NCBI RefSeq assembly: GCF_009914755.1
Contig: NC_060941.1
Length of the DNA stretch: 64,000 bases
Reading direction: 5' to 3' (one strand)
DNA from: the human T2T-CHM13v2.0 reference genome, Homo sapiens
In this document: piece by piece, positions 15,001 to 27,713 of the stretch
How positions within the stretch are numbered: position 1 is the first letter of the stretch
How the letters are laid out: each line of letters begins with the position of its first letter
Position numbers and translations under genes: made by a program
Notes under the pieces: model-generated
Seen by the model: only the letters and a program-made list of their open reading frames with translations
Database searches by the model: none
What the model was told of the DNA's origin: nothing

Positions 15001-18000
15001 TGGAATGGAAGGAATGGACTAGAATGGAACGGAATGGACCCGAATGGAGTGGGGTAGAATGGATTCGAATGGAATGCAATGGAATGGAACCGAATGGAAT
15101 GTACTCGAATGGAATGGACCGGATAGGATTGGAACGGAGTGGAATGGAACGGAACGAAACTAAACGGAATGGAATGGATTTGAACGGAATGGAATGGAAT
15201 TGAATGGAATGGACTTGAATGATATGCAATGGAATGGACTCGAATGTATTGGAATGGACTCTAGTTGAATGGAATGGAATAGAATGGACTCCAACGGAAA
15301 GGATTGGAATATATTCGAATGTAATGGAATGGATTTGAATGGATTTGAATAGAACAGAATGTAACGGTATGGAATGGAGACGAATGGCATGGAAAGTAAT
15401 GGAATTAATTGCAGTCGAAAGGAATGGAATGGAATGGACTTGAATGGAATGGAATGGAAAGGAATGGAATGGAATGGAAAGGATTGGAATGGAATGGACT
15501 CGAATAGTAAGGAAAGGAATTGAATGGATTCAAAATGAATGGAATGGAATGGAATGGACTTGAATGGAATGGAATGGAATGAACTCCAATGGAATGGAAT
15601 GGAGTGGACTCGAATAGAATGGAATGGAATGGAGTGAAATGGAATCGCCTGGAATGGAATGCCATTGAACGGACTCGAAGGGAACGGAATATGTCGGAAT
15701 GGAATAAACCCTAATGGAAGGGAATGTAATGGAATGAAATGTGCTGGAAAGCAATGGAATGGAATGGAATGGAATGGAATGGAATGGAATGGAATGGAAT
15801 ATATTTTACTCGAATGGGATGAAATGGAACTGAATGTACTCGAATGGAATGGAAGGGAATGGACTGAAATGGAATAGCATGGAATGGAATGGCCTCGAAT
15901 GCAATGGAATGGAATGGACTCGAATGAAACGGAATGGACTCGAATAGATTGGATTCGAATGACTCGAATAGAATGCAATGGAATGGAATCAAATGGAATT
16001 TACTTGAATGGAATGAAACGGAATGGAATGAAACGGAACAGAACGGAACGGAATGGAATGGAACGGAATGGAATGGACTTGAATGGAATGGAATGGAATA
16101 GTATGGACTCAAATAATATGCAATGGAATGGACTCGACTGAACTGGAATGCACTCCAGTTGAATGGAATGGAATAGAATGGATTCCAATGGAAAGGAGTG
16201 GAATGGATTCGAATGGAATGGAACGGAAATGAATGTATTTGAATAGAACGGAATGTTATGGTATGGAATGGACATGAATGGAATGGAATGGAATGGAATG
16301 AAATGGACTCGAATGGAATGGAATGGAATGGACTCGAATGGAAAGGAATAAAATGGATTGGAATGGAATGGAATATACTCGAATTGTATGGAACGTAATT
16401 GAATGGACTCGAAAGGAATGGAATGGAATGGAATGGACTCGAATGGAATGGAATGGAATGAAATACAATGGAATGGAATGGACTTGAATAGATTGGAATG
16501 TAATGGAAAGGACTTGACTGGAATGTAATGGAATAGAATGGCCTCGAATGGGATGGAATGGAATGGAATGGACTCGAATGGAATGGATAGGAAGGGACCC
16601 GAATGGAATGGAATGGAATGGTCTCGTGTGGAATGCAATCAAATGTAATGGACTCGAATGGAATGGAATGGACTGGAATGGAATGGAAAGGAATGGACCC
16701 GAATGGAATGGAATGGTACAGAATGGAATGGAATGGATTTGAATGGAATAGAATGAGTGGAATGGAATGGACTCGAAAGCAGAGGAATGGAATGGACTCA
16801 AATAGAATGGAATGGACATGAATGGAACAGAATGAAGTGGAATGAATTGGAATGAAATACAATGGAATTTATTGGAATGGACTCTAATGGAATTGAATGG
16901 AATGGACTAGAATGGTATAGAATGGAAGGGACTCGAATGTAATGGAATGCAATTGAATGGAATCAAATGGAATGGAATGGAACTGACTCACATGGAATGG
17001 AATAGAATTGAATGGACTCGAAAGGATTTGGATGGAATACAGTGCAACGGACTAGAATGGAATGGAATGGAATGCACTTGAATGCAATGGAATGGACTCA
17101 AATGGAATGGTATGCAATTGACTCGAATGAAATTGAATGGAATGGACCCGAATGGAATGGAATGGAATTCAATGGACTCAAAAGGAATCGAATGGAGTGC
17201 AAATGGAATGGAGTCAAATGGAATGCAATGGAATTGACTCGAATGGAATGGAATGGAATGGAGTGGCCACAAATGGAAAGGGTGGAATGGAATGGACTGG
17301 AATTGAATGGAAAGGAATAGATTGGGACCAAATGGAATGAAATTGAATGGAATTGAATGGACTTGAATCGAATGTAATGTAATGGAAAGGAATGGAGTCA
17401 AATGGAATGGAATGGAATCGAGTAGAATGGAATGGACTCAAAAAAATGGAATGGAATGGACCCGAATCGAATGGAAAGAATGTAGTAGAATAGAATAGAT
17501 GGAATGGAGAGGGATGGAATTGAAAGAAATGAAATTGACTCAAAAGGATTGGAACGGTATTGAATGGAATGGAATGGAAAGCATTGGAATGGAATGGAAT
17601 GGAATTGAACGGACTTGAATGGAATGAATGGAATTGAAAGGAATGGAATGGAAAGTACACGAATGGAATGGAATGGAATGGAGTTGAATGGAATAAAATG
17701 GAATGGAATAGACTCGAAGGCAATGTAGTGAAATGGATTCGAAAAGGGTTGAATGGTATTTAATGGAACTGAATGGAATGGAATGGACTCGAGTTGAATG
17801 GATTGTAATGGAATGGAATAGCATGGAATGGAATGGAATGGAATGGAAAGGACACGAATGGAATGGAATGGGGGGAGTGGAAGGGAGTGGAATGGAATGG
17901 ACCCGAATGGAATGGAATGGAATTGAATGCAATGGAACGGAATGGAATGGAAAACACTTGAATGTAATGGAATGGAATGGACTCGAAATAAATGGAATGG

Positions 18001-21000
18001 AAAGGAAGGGAATGGAAGGGAATCGAATGAAATGGAATGGAATGGAATGAAATGGAATGGAATGGAATGGACCCAAACAGAATGGAATGGAAAGGAATGG
18101 AATGAAGTGGCCTCTAATGGAATGGAATGGATCGGAATGGACTCAAAAGAAATGGAATGGACTCAATGGAATGGAATGGAATGGAATGGACTTGAATGAA
18201 ACAGCAAGAAATGGAATGGAACGGACTTGAATGAAATGGAATGGAATGGACTCGAATGGAATAGGATGGACTCGAGTGGAAAGGAATGGAATGGAATGAA
18301 AAGGACTTGAATGGAATGGAATGGAATGGAAAGGAATATAAAGGACTCGAATGGAATGGAGTGGAATAGAATGCAGTGGAATCCACCCGAAAAGAATGGA
18401 TTTGAAAGGAATGGGATGAAGTGGCCTCGAATGGAATGGAATGGATTGGAATGGACTCGAATGAAATGGAATGGACTCAATGGAATTGAACGGAATGGAA
18501 TGGAACGGAACGGAATGGAACAGAACGGAATGGAATTGATTTAAATGGATTGGACCCGAAAAGAATGCAATGGAATGGAGTGGAATGGAATGAAGTGGCC
18601 TCCAATGGAATTGAATGGATCGGAATGGACTCGAATGAAATGGAATGGACTCGAATGGAATGTAATAGAATGGAATTCACTCGAGTGCAATGGAATGGAA
18701 TGGAATGGATTCAAATGGAATGGAATGGACCCGAATGGAATGGAATGGAACGGAACGGAATGGAACGGAATGGAACCAAACGGAATGGACTCGCATGGAA
18801 TGGAATAGACTAGAATGGAATAGAAAGGATAAGACGTGAATGGAATGGAATGCATTGGAATGGACTCGAATGGAATGGAACAGAATGGACTCAAATGGAA
18901 TTCAATGGGATCAAAAGGAATGGAACGGACTACAATGGAATGGAATCGAATGGAATGCAATGGAATAGACTCGAATGGAATTTAATGGAGTGGCCACAAA
19001 TGGAAGAGGTGGAAAGGAATGGAATAGAATTGAATAGAAAGGAATGGAATAGGCTCAAATGGAATGGAATGGAAGGGAATTGAATGGACTCAACCCGAAT
19101 GTAATGTAATGGAATGGAACGGACTCAGAAGGAATAGAATGGAATGGAATCGAGTAGAATGGAATTGAATCGAAAGGAAAGGAATAGAATGGACCCAAAT
19201 GGAATGGACAGAATGGATTGGAATACAATAGAAAGGAATGAAGAGGAATAGAATAGAATGAAATGAAATGCACTCAAAAGGAATGGAATAGTATTGAATG
19301 GAATGGAATGGAATGCAATTGAATGGACTTGATTGGAATGAATTTAATCGAAATGAATGGAAGGGAACGTACCTGAATGCAATGGAATGGAACGGAGTGG
19401 AAAGGAATGGAATGGAATGGAAAAGACTGGAAGGGAATGTAATGAAACGGACTTGAAAAGAGTGGAATAGAGTGGAATGGAATGGAATGGAATGGAATGG
19501 AATGGAATGGACTTGAATGGAATAGCATGGAATGAAATGGAATGGAATTGAATGAAATGGAATGGAATCGACTGGAATAGAATGGAATGGAATGGAATGG
19601 AATGGACACGAATGGAACGGAATTATTTGAATGGGGTGGAATGGAATGGATCCAAATGGAATGGAACGGAATGGAATGGAATGGAATGGAATGGAACGCA
19701 CTCGAAAGGAATGGAATGGAATGGACACCAATGGAATGAAATAGAGTGGAATTGAATTAAATGGAGTGGAATGGAATGGAATGGAATGGACTTGAATGGA
19801 ATAGCATGGAATAGAATGGAATAGACTTGAATGAAATGGACTGGAATGAACACGAATGGAATAGGATGGATTCGAGTGGAAAGGAATGGAATGGACTAGA
19901 ATGGAATAGACTCGAATTGAATGGAATGGAATGGAATGGAATGAAAAGGACTTGAATGGAATGGAATCGTGTGAAATGGAATGGAATGGACCCAAAAAGA
20001 ATGGAATGGAATGGAATGGAATGGAATGGAATGGAATGGAATGAAGTAGCCTCGAATGGAATGGAATGGGTCCGAATGGACTCTAATTAATGGAATGGAC
20101 TCAATGTAATGAAATAGAATGGAATGGAACGGAACAGAAGGGAATGGAATTTAATGGATCACAATGGAATGGAACCGAAAGGAATAGAATGGAATGGTAT
20201 GGAATGAAGTGGCCTCGAATAGAATGGAATGTATTGGAATGGACTCAAATGAAATGGAATGGACTTGAATGGAGTGGAACAGAATGGAATTGATTCGAGT
20301 GCAATGGAATGGAATGGAAAGGATTCGAATGGAAAGGAATGGAGCCGAATGGAATGGAACGGAACAGTACGGATCGGAATGGAACGGAACGGAATGGACT
20401 CGCATTCAATGGAAAAGACTCGAATGGAATAGAAAGGAATAGACTCGAATGGAATGGAATGGAATTGAATGAACTCGAATGGAATATACCAGAATAGACT
20501 CAAATGGAATGAAATGAAATGGAAAGGACATGATATGAACGGAATAGAATGCACTGTAATGGAATTCAATGGACTTGAAAGGAATGGAATGGAATGCAAA
20601 GGAATGGAATCAAATGGAAAGCAATGGAATTGACTTGATTGGAATTTAATGGATTGGCCACGAGTGGAACGCGTGAAATGGAATGCCCTGGAATGGAATG
20701 GAAAGGAATGGATAGGGCTCAAATGGAATGGAATGGAATGGAATTGAATGGAATCGAATCGAATGGTATGTAATGGAATGGAATGGACTCTAATGGAATG
20801 GAGTAGAATGAACTCGAGTAGAATGGAATGGACTCGAAGGAATGGAATGGAATGGAATGGAACCAAATTGTTTGGAGAGAATGGAGTGGAATGGAATGGA
20901 GAGGAATGGAATAGAATGAAATGGAGTGGACTCAAAAGGAATGGTATGGTATTGAATGGAAAGCAAAGGAATGGAATGGATTGCAATGGGATGGAATTGA

Positions 21001-24000
21001 ATGGACTTGAATACAATGAATGGAATCGAAAGTGATGGAATGGACCCGAAAGGAATAGAATGGAATGGAGTGGAATGGAATAGAATGGAATGGTATAGAC
21101 TCGAAGGGAATGTAATGAAATGGACTCGAAAAGAGAGGAATTGAATGGAATGGAATGGAATGGACTTGGTTGGAATAGCATGGAATTTAATGGAATGAAC
21201 TTGAATGAAATGGAATGGAATGGACTCAAATGGAATTGAATGGACTCGAATGGAATGGAATGGAATGGAATGGAATGGACTAGAATGATATGCAAAGGAA
21301 TGGACTCGAATGAATTGGAATGGACTCTAGTTGAGTGGACTGGAATAGAATGGACTCCAAAGGAAAGGAGTGGAAAGGATTCGAATGCAATTGAATGGAA
21401 TGGAATTGATTTGAATAGAATGGAATGAAATGGTATGGAATTGACACGAATTGAATGGAATGTAATGGAATGAAATCGACTCGAATGGAATGGAATGGAC
21501 TCGAATAGAATGGACTCGAACGGAATGGAATGGAATGGAATAGAATTTACTCGATTTGAATGGAAAGTAAAAGAATGGACTTGAAAGGAAAGGAGTCGAA
21601 TGGAATATAATCGAATGGAATGGAGTGGAATGGAATGGAATGGAATGGACTGGAATAGAATGGAATGCATTGGAAAGGACTTGAATGGAATGGAATGGAA
21701 TAGAATGGCCTCGAATGGGATGGAATGGAATGGAATGGACGCGAATTGAATGGAATGTAATGGAACCGAAAGGAATGGAATGTAATGGTCCCGAATGGAA
21801 TGGAATGGGATGGAATGCAATGGAATTGAATTGAATGGAATGGAATATATTGGAATGGACTCGAACGGAATGGATAGGAATGGACACGAATGGAGTGGAA
21901 TGGAATGGAATGGTCTCAAGTGGAATGGAATGGAATGGAATGGAATGGACTCGAATGGAATGGAATGGACTCGAATGGAATGGAAAGCTATGGACACCAA
22001 TGGAATGGAATGGAATGGAATGGAATGAAATGGAATGGAATGGAATGGAATGAAATGGAATGGAATGGAATGGAATGGAATGGAATGAAATGGAATGGAA
22101 TGGAATGGAATGGAATGGAATGGTATGGTATGGAATGGAATGGATTTGAATGGAGTTGAATTAACAGAATGGAATGGAATCAAAAGTATTGGAATGGAAT
22201 GAAGTCGAATGGAATGGAATGGACATGAATGGAACGGAATGGAATGGAAAGAACACGAAAGGAATACAAGGGAATTTAATGGAATGGACTCTAATGGAAT
22301 GAAATGGAATGGACTTGAATGGAATATAATGGAAGATATTAGAATGGAATAGAATGCAATGGAATGGACTCAAATGGAAGGGAATGGAATTGACTCAAAT
22401 GGAATGGAATGGAATTGAATGGACTCGACATCATTAGGATGGAATACAGTGGAATGGACTCGAATGGAATGGTATGGAATGGACTCGAATGCAATGGAAT
22501 GTACTCAAATGGAATGCTATGGAATTGACTCGAGTGGAATGGAATAGAATGGAATGGACACGAATGGTATGGAATGGAATGGTCTGGAATGGAATGGAAT
22601 GGAATGGAATGGGCTAAAATGGAATGGAATGGAACGGAAAAGGATGGAATGGAATGGAATGTACTGGAATGAAATAAGTTTGGAATGGAATGGAATGGAA
22701 TGGAATGGACTCAAATGGAAAAGCATGGAATGGAATGAACTCAAATGAAATGGAATGGAATGGACGCGAATGGAATGGAATGGAATGGAATGGATTTGAA
22801 TGGTCTCTTAAGGAATGGAACGGCATTGAATCGACTCGAAGGGAATAGAATGTAACGGAATGGAATGAACCGGAATGGAATGGAATGGAATGCAATGGAA
22901 TGGAATGGAATGCAATGGAATGGAATGGAATGCAATGGAATGGAATGGAATGCAATGGATTGGAACGGAATGCAATGGATTGGAACTTAATGTAATGTAA
23001 TGGAATGGAATGGAATATACTCGAATGGGATGGAATGGAATGGAATTTACTCGAAGTGAATGGATTGGAATGGACTGTAATGGAATAGCATGGAATGGAA
23101 CGGACTCGAATGCAATAGAATGGAATGGACTCGAATGGAATGGAATGGACTCGAATGGAGTGGAGTAGAATGGACTCGTATGGAATGCAATGAAATGGAA
23201 CCGAATGGAATGCACTCGAATGGAATGGAAGGGAATGGAATGGAACGGAATGGACTTGAATGGAATGGACTGGAATGCAATGGAATGGAATGGAATGGAA
23301 TGGAATGGACTCGAATGATATGCAATAGAATGGATGCGAATGAATTGGATAGGACTCAAGATGAATGGAATGGAATAGAATGGACTCCAATGGAAAGGAG
23401 TGGAATGAATTCGAATGGAATGGAATGGGATTGATTGGATTTGAATAGAACGGAATGTAATGGTATGGAATGGACACCAGTGAAATTCAATGAAATTGAA
23501 TGAAATGGACTCGAAACGAATGGAATGGAATGGACTCGAATGGAATGGAATGGAATGGAATGCAATGGAATGGAATGGAATGGAATGGAATGTACTCGAA
23601 TTGTAATGAAGGGAATTGAATGGATTCGAAAAGAATGGAATGGAATGGGATGGAATGGCCTCGAACGGAACAGAATGGAATGAACTCCAATGCAATGGAA
23701 TGGACTTGAATAGAATGGAATGGAATGGAAAGGACTCGACTGGAATGGAATGGTATACAATGACCTCGAATGGGATGGAATGGAATGAAATGGACACGAA
23801 TGGAATGGAATGTAATGGAAACGAAAGGAATGGAATGGAATGGAATGGAATGGAATTGACCCGAATGGAAAGGAATGGAATGGAATGCAATGGAATCGAA
23901 TGGGATGGAATGTATTGGAATGGACTCAAATGGAATGGATATGAAAAGACACGAATTGAATGGAATGGTCTCGAGTGTAATGGAATGGAATGTAATGGAC

Positions 24001-27000
24001 TCGAATGGAATGGAATGGACTCAGATGGAATGGAAAGGAATGGACCCTAAAGGAATGGAATGGAATGGTATGGTATGGAATGGAGTGGATTTAATGGAAT
24101 AGAATGAATGGAATGGAATGGACTTGAAAGGATTGGAATGGAATGGACTCGAATGGAATGGAATCGACATGAATGGAACGGAATGGAATGGAAAGAACTC
24201 GAACGGAATACAATGGAATTTAATGGAATGGACCCTAATGGAATGGAATGGAATGGACATGAATGGAATAGAATGGAAGAGTCCCGAATGGAATGGAATG
24301 ATATGGAATGACTGAAATGGAATGGAATGGAATTGACTGAAGTGGAATGGAATGGAATTGAATGGTCTCAAAAGGATTGGGATGGAATAGAGTGGAATGT
24401 AATTGAATGTAATGTAATGGAATGGAATGGAATGGAAACGAATCAATGGAATGCAATGGAATGGACTCAAATGGAATGGAATGGAATTGACTCGAATGGA
24501 GTTGAATGGAATGGATCCGAATGGAATGGAATGGAATGGACTCAAATGGAATGGAATGTAATTGAGTCAAATGCAATTGAATGGAATGGACCCGAATGGA
24601 ATGGAATTGAACGGAATGGAATGTAATGGAATGGAAGGAATGAAATGGAATGGAATGGTATGGAATGGACTCGAATGGAATGGAATGGAATGGAATGGAC
24701 TGGGCTCAAATGGAATGGAATGGAAAATAATGGAATGGAATAGAATGGACAGGAATGTAATGAGTTTGGTGTGGACTGGAATGGAATGGAATTTAACCAA
24801 ATGGAATGGAATTGACTCAAATGGAATAGCATGGAATGGAACATACTCAAATGCAACGGAATCGAGTGGACTTGAATGGAATGGATTTGAATGGATTCTT
24901 ATGGAATTGAATGGCATTGTATGGACTGGAATGGAATGGCATGGCATATAATGGAATGAAATGTGATGGAATGGAATGGAATCGAATGGAATTTACTCGA
25001 ATGTGATGGAATGGAACAGAATTTACTCGAATCGAATGGAATGGACTGAAATGGAATAGCATGGAATAGAGTGGACTCGAATGCAATGGAATGGAATGGT
25101 CTCGAATGCATCGGAATGGACTCGATTGGAGTGCAGTCTTATGGTCTCGAATGGAATGCAATGGAATGGAACCAAATGGAATATACTGGAATAGAATGGT
25201 ACAGAAAGGAATGGAACAGAACGGAAGGGAACGGAATGGAAAGGAACGGATTGGAATGGACTTTAATGGAATGGAATGGAATCAAATCGAATGGAATGGA
25301 ATGGACTCGAACGATATGCAAAACAATGGAATCGAATAAATTGGAATGGACTCTAGTTGAATGCAATGGAATAGAATGGACTCCAAAGGAAAGAGGTGGA
25401 ATGGATTCGAATGGAATGGAATTGAATTGAATGGATTTGTGTAGAATGGAATGTAATTGTATGGAATGCACACGAATGGAATGGAATGCAATGGAATGGA
25501 AAGGAGAGGATTGGAATGGAATGGAATGGAATGGACTGGAATGTACTCGAATTGTATGGAAAGGAATTGAATGGAGTTGAAAGGAATGGAATGGAATGGA
25601 ATAGACTTGAATGGAATGGAATGGAATGAACTCCAATGGAATGGAATGGACTCGATTGGAATGGAATGGAATAGAATCGCCTCGAACAGGATGGAATGGA
25701 ATGGAATGGACTCGAATGGAACGGAATGCAATGGAACCGAAAGGAATGGAATGCAATGGAATATAATGGACTCTAATGCAATGGAATGGAAAGGAATGCA
25801 ATGGAATCGAATGGGATGGAACTTATTGGAATGGACTCGAATGGAATGGATAGGAATTGACCCAAATGGAATGGAATGGAGTGGTGTCGAGTGGAATGGA
25901 ATAGAATGTAATGGACCCGAATGGAATGGAATGGACTGGAATGGAATGGAATGGAAGGGACTAGAATGGAAAGGAATGGAATGGAATGGACTCAAATGGA
26001 ATGGAAAGCAATGGACCCGAAAGGAATGGAATGGAATTGAATGGTATGGTATGGAATGGAAAGGATTTCAATGGAATAGAAAGGAATGGACCCGAATGGA
26101 ATGGAATGGAATGGAATGGAATGGAATGGAATGGAGTGGAATGGATTGGAATGGAATGGAATGGAATGGATTGGAATGGAATGGAATGGAATGGTATGGT
26201 ATGGAATGGAATGAATTTGAATGGAATAGAATGAATGGAATGGAATTTACTCGAAAGGATTGGAAAGGAATGGACGTGAAAGGAATGCAAAGGACATGAA
26301 TGGAATGGAATGGAATGGAATGGAATGAATTCGAATGGAATACAATGGAATTTTATGGAATGGACTCTAGTGGAATGGAATGGAATGGACTTGAATGGAA
26401 TAAAATGGAAGAGACTCGAATGGAATGGAATGCAATGGAATGGACTCAAACGGAATGGAAATGAATTGACTCAAACGGAATGGAATGGAATTGAATGGAC
26501 TCAAATGGATTGGGATGGAATACAGTGGAATGGACTCAAATGGAATTAAATGGAATGGACTCAAATGCAGTGGAATGCAATGGAATGGACTCAAATTGAA
26601 TGGAATGGAATTGAATGGAATGGACAAGAATGGAATGGCATGGCATGGAATGGAAAGGAATGGAATGGAATGGAATGGAATGGATTCAAATCGAATGGAA
26701 TAGAATGGACTCGAATGGAATGGAATGGAATGGAATGGACTGGGCTCAAATTGAATGGAATGGAATGGAATGGAAAAGAATTTAATAGAAGAGAATGCAC
26801 TGGAATGTAATGCGTTTGGAATGGAATGGAATGGAATATAATGGACTCAAATGGAATAGCATATAATGGAATGGACTCAAATGCAATGGAATGGAATGGA
26901 CTCGAATGGAATGGAATGGACTCGAATGGAATGGATTTGAATGGACTCGTATGGAATGGAATGGCATTGAATGGAATGGAATGGAATGGAATTTACTCGA

Positions 27001-27712
27001 ATGGGACGGATTGGAACGGAATTTACTCGAATGGAATGGAGTTGAATGGACTGAAATGGAATAGCATTGAATGGAATGGACTTGAATGCAATGGAAAGGA
27101 ATGGACTCGAATGGAACGGAATCGACTCGAATTGAGTGGAGTCGAATGGACTCGAATGGAATGCAATGGAATGGAACCGAATGGAATGTTCTTGAATGGA
27201 ATGGAACGGAATGGAATGGAACAGAACGGAATGGAATGGAACGTAACAGAACGGTATGGAATGGACTTGAATGGAATGGAATGGAATGGACCCGAATGAT
27301 ATGCAATGGTATGGACTCGAATAAGTTGGAATGGACTCTAGTTGAATGGAATGGAATAGAATGGACTCCAATGGAAAGGAGTGGAATGGATTCGAATTTA
27401 ATGGAATGGAATGGAATGGATGTGAATAGAACGGAATATAATGGTATGGAATGGACACGAATGGAATGGAATATACTGGAACGAACCGGCCTCGAATGGA
27501 ATGGAATGGACTGGAATGGAATGGAATGGAATTTACTCGAATGGGATAGAATGGAATGGAATTTACTCGAATGGAATGGAATGGAATGGACTGAAATGGA
27601 ATAGCATGGAATGGAATGGACTCGAATTCAATGGAATGGAATTTACTCGAATGGAACGGAATGGACTCAAATGGAGTGGAGTCAAATGCACTCGCATGGA
27701 ATGCAATGGAAT
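1..27712 (-). repeat. Human Satellite 3 (HSat3/Sat III) array; (GGAAT)n on +, i.e. canonical (CATTC)n on -
   Basis: Continuous diverged GGAAT pentamers with frequent GGACTCGAAT, GCAAT, GTAAT and TGAAT variants. The GATGATTCC/GGAATCATC motif of HSat2 is absent. The array runs off the left edge. Confidence 0.97.
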
Positions 27713-27713
27713 G

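Noticed and set aside
17866-17892. G-rich island GGGGGGAGTGGAAGGGAGTGG as a G-quadruplex
   Set aside because: It lacks four separate G3 tracts and is best explained as local point variants of GGAAT.
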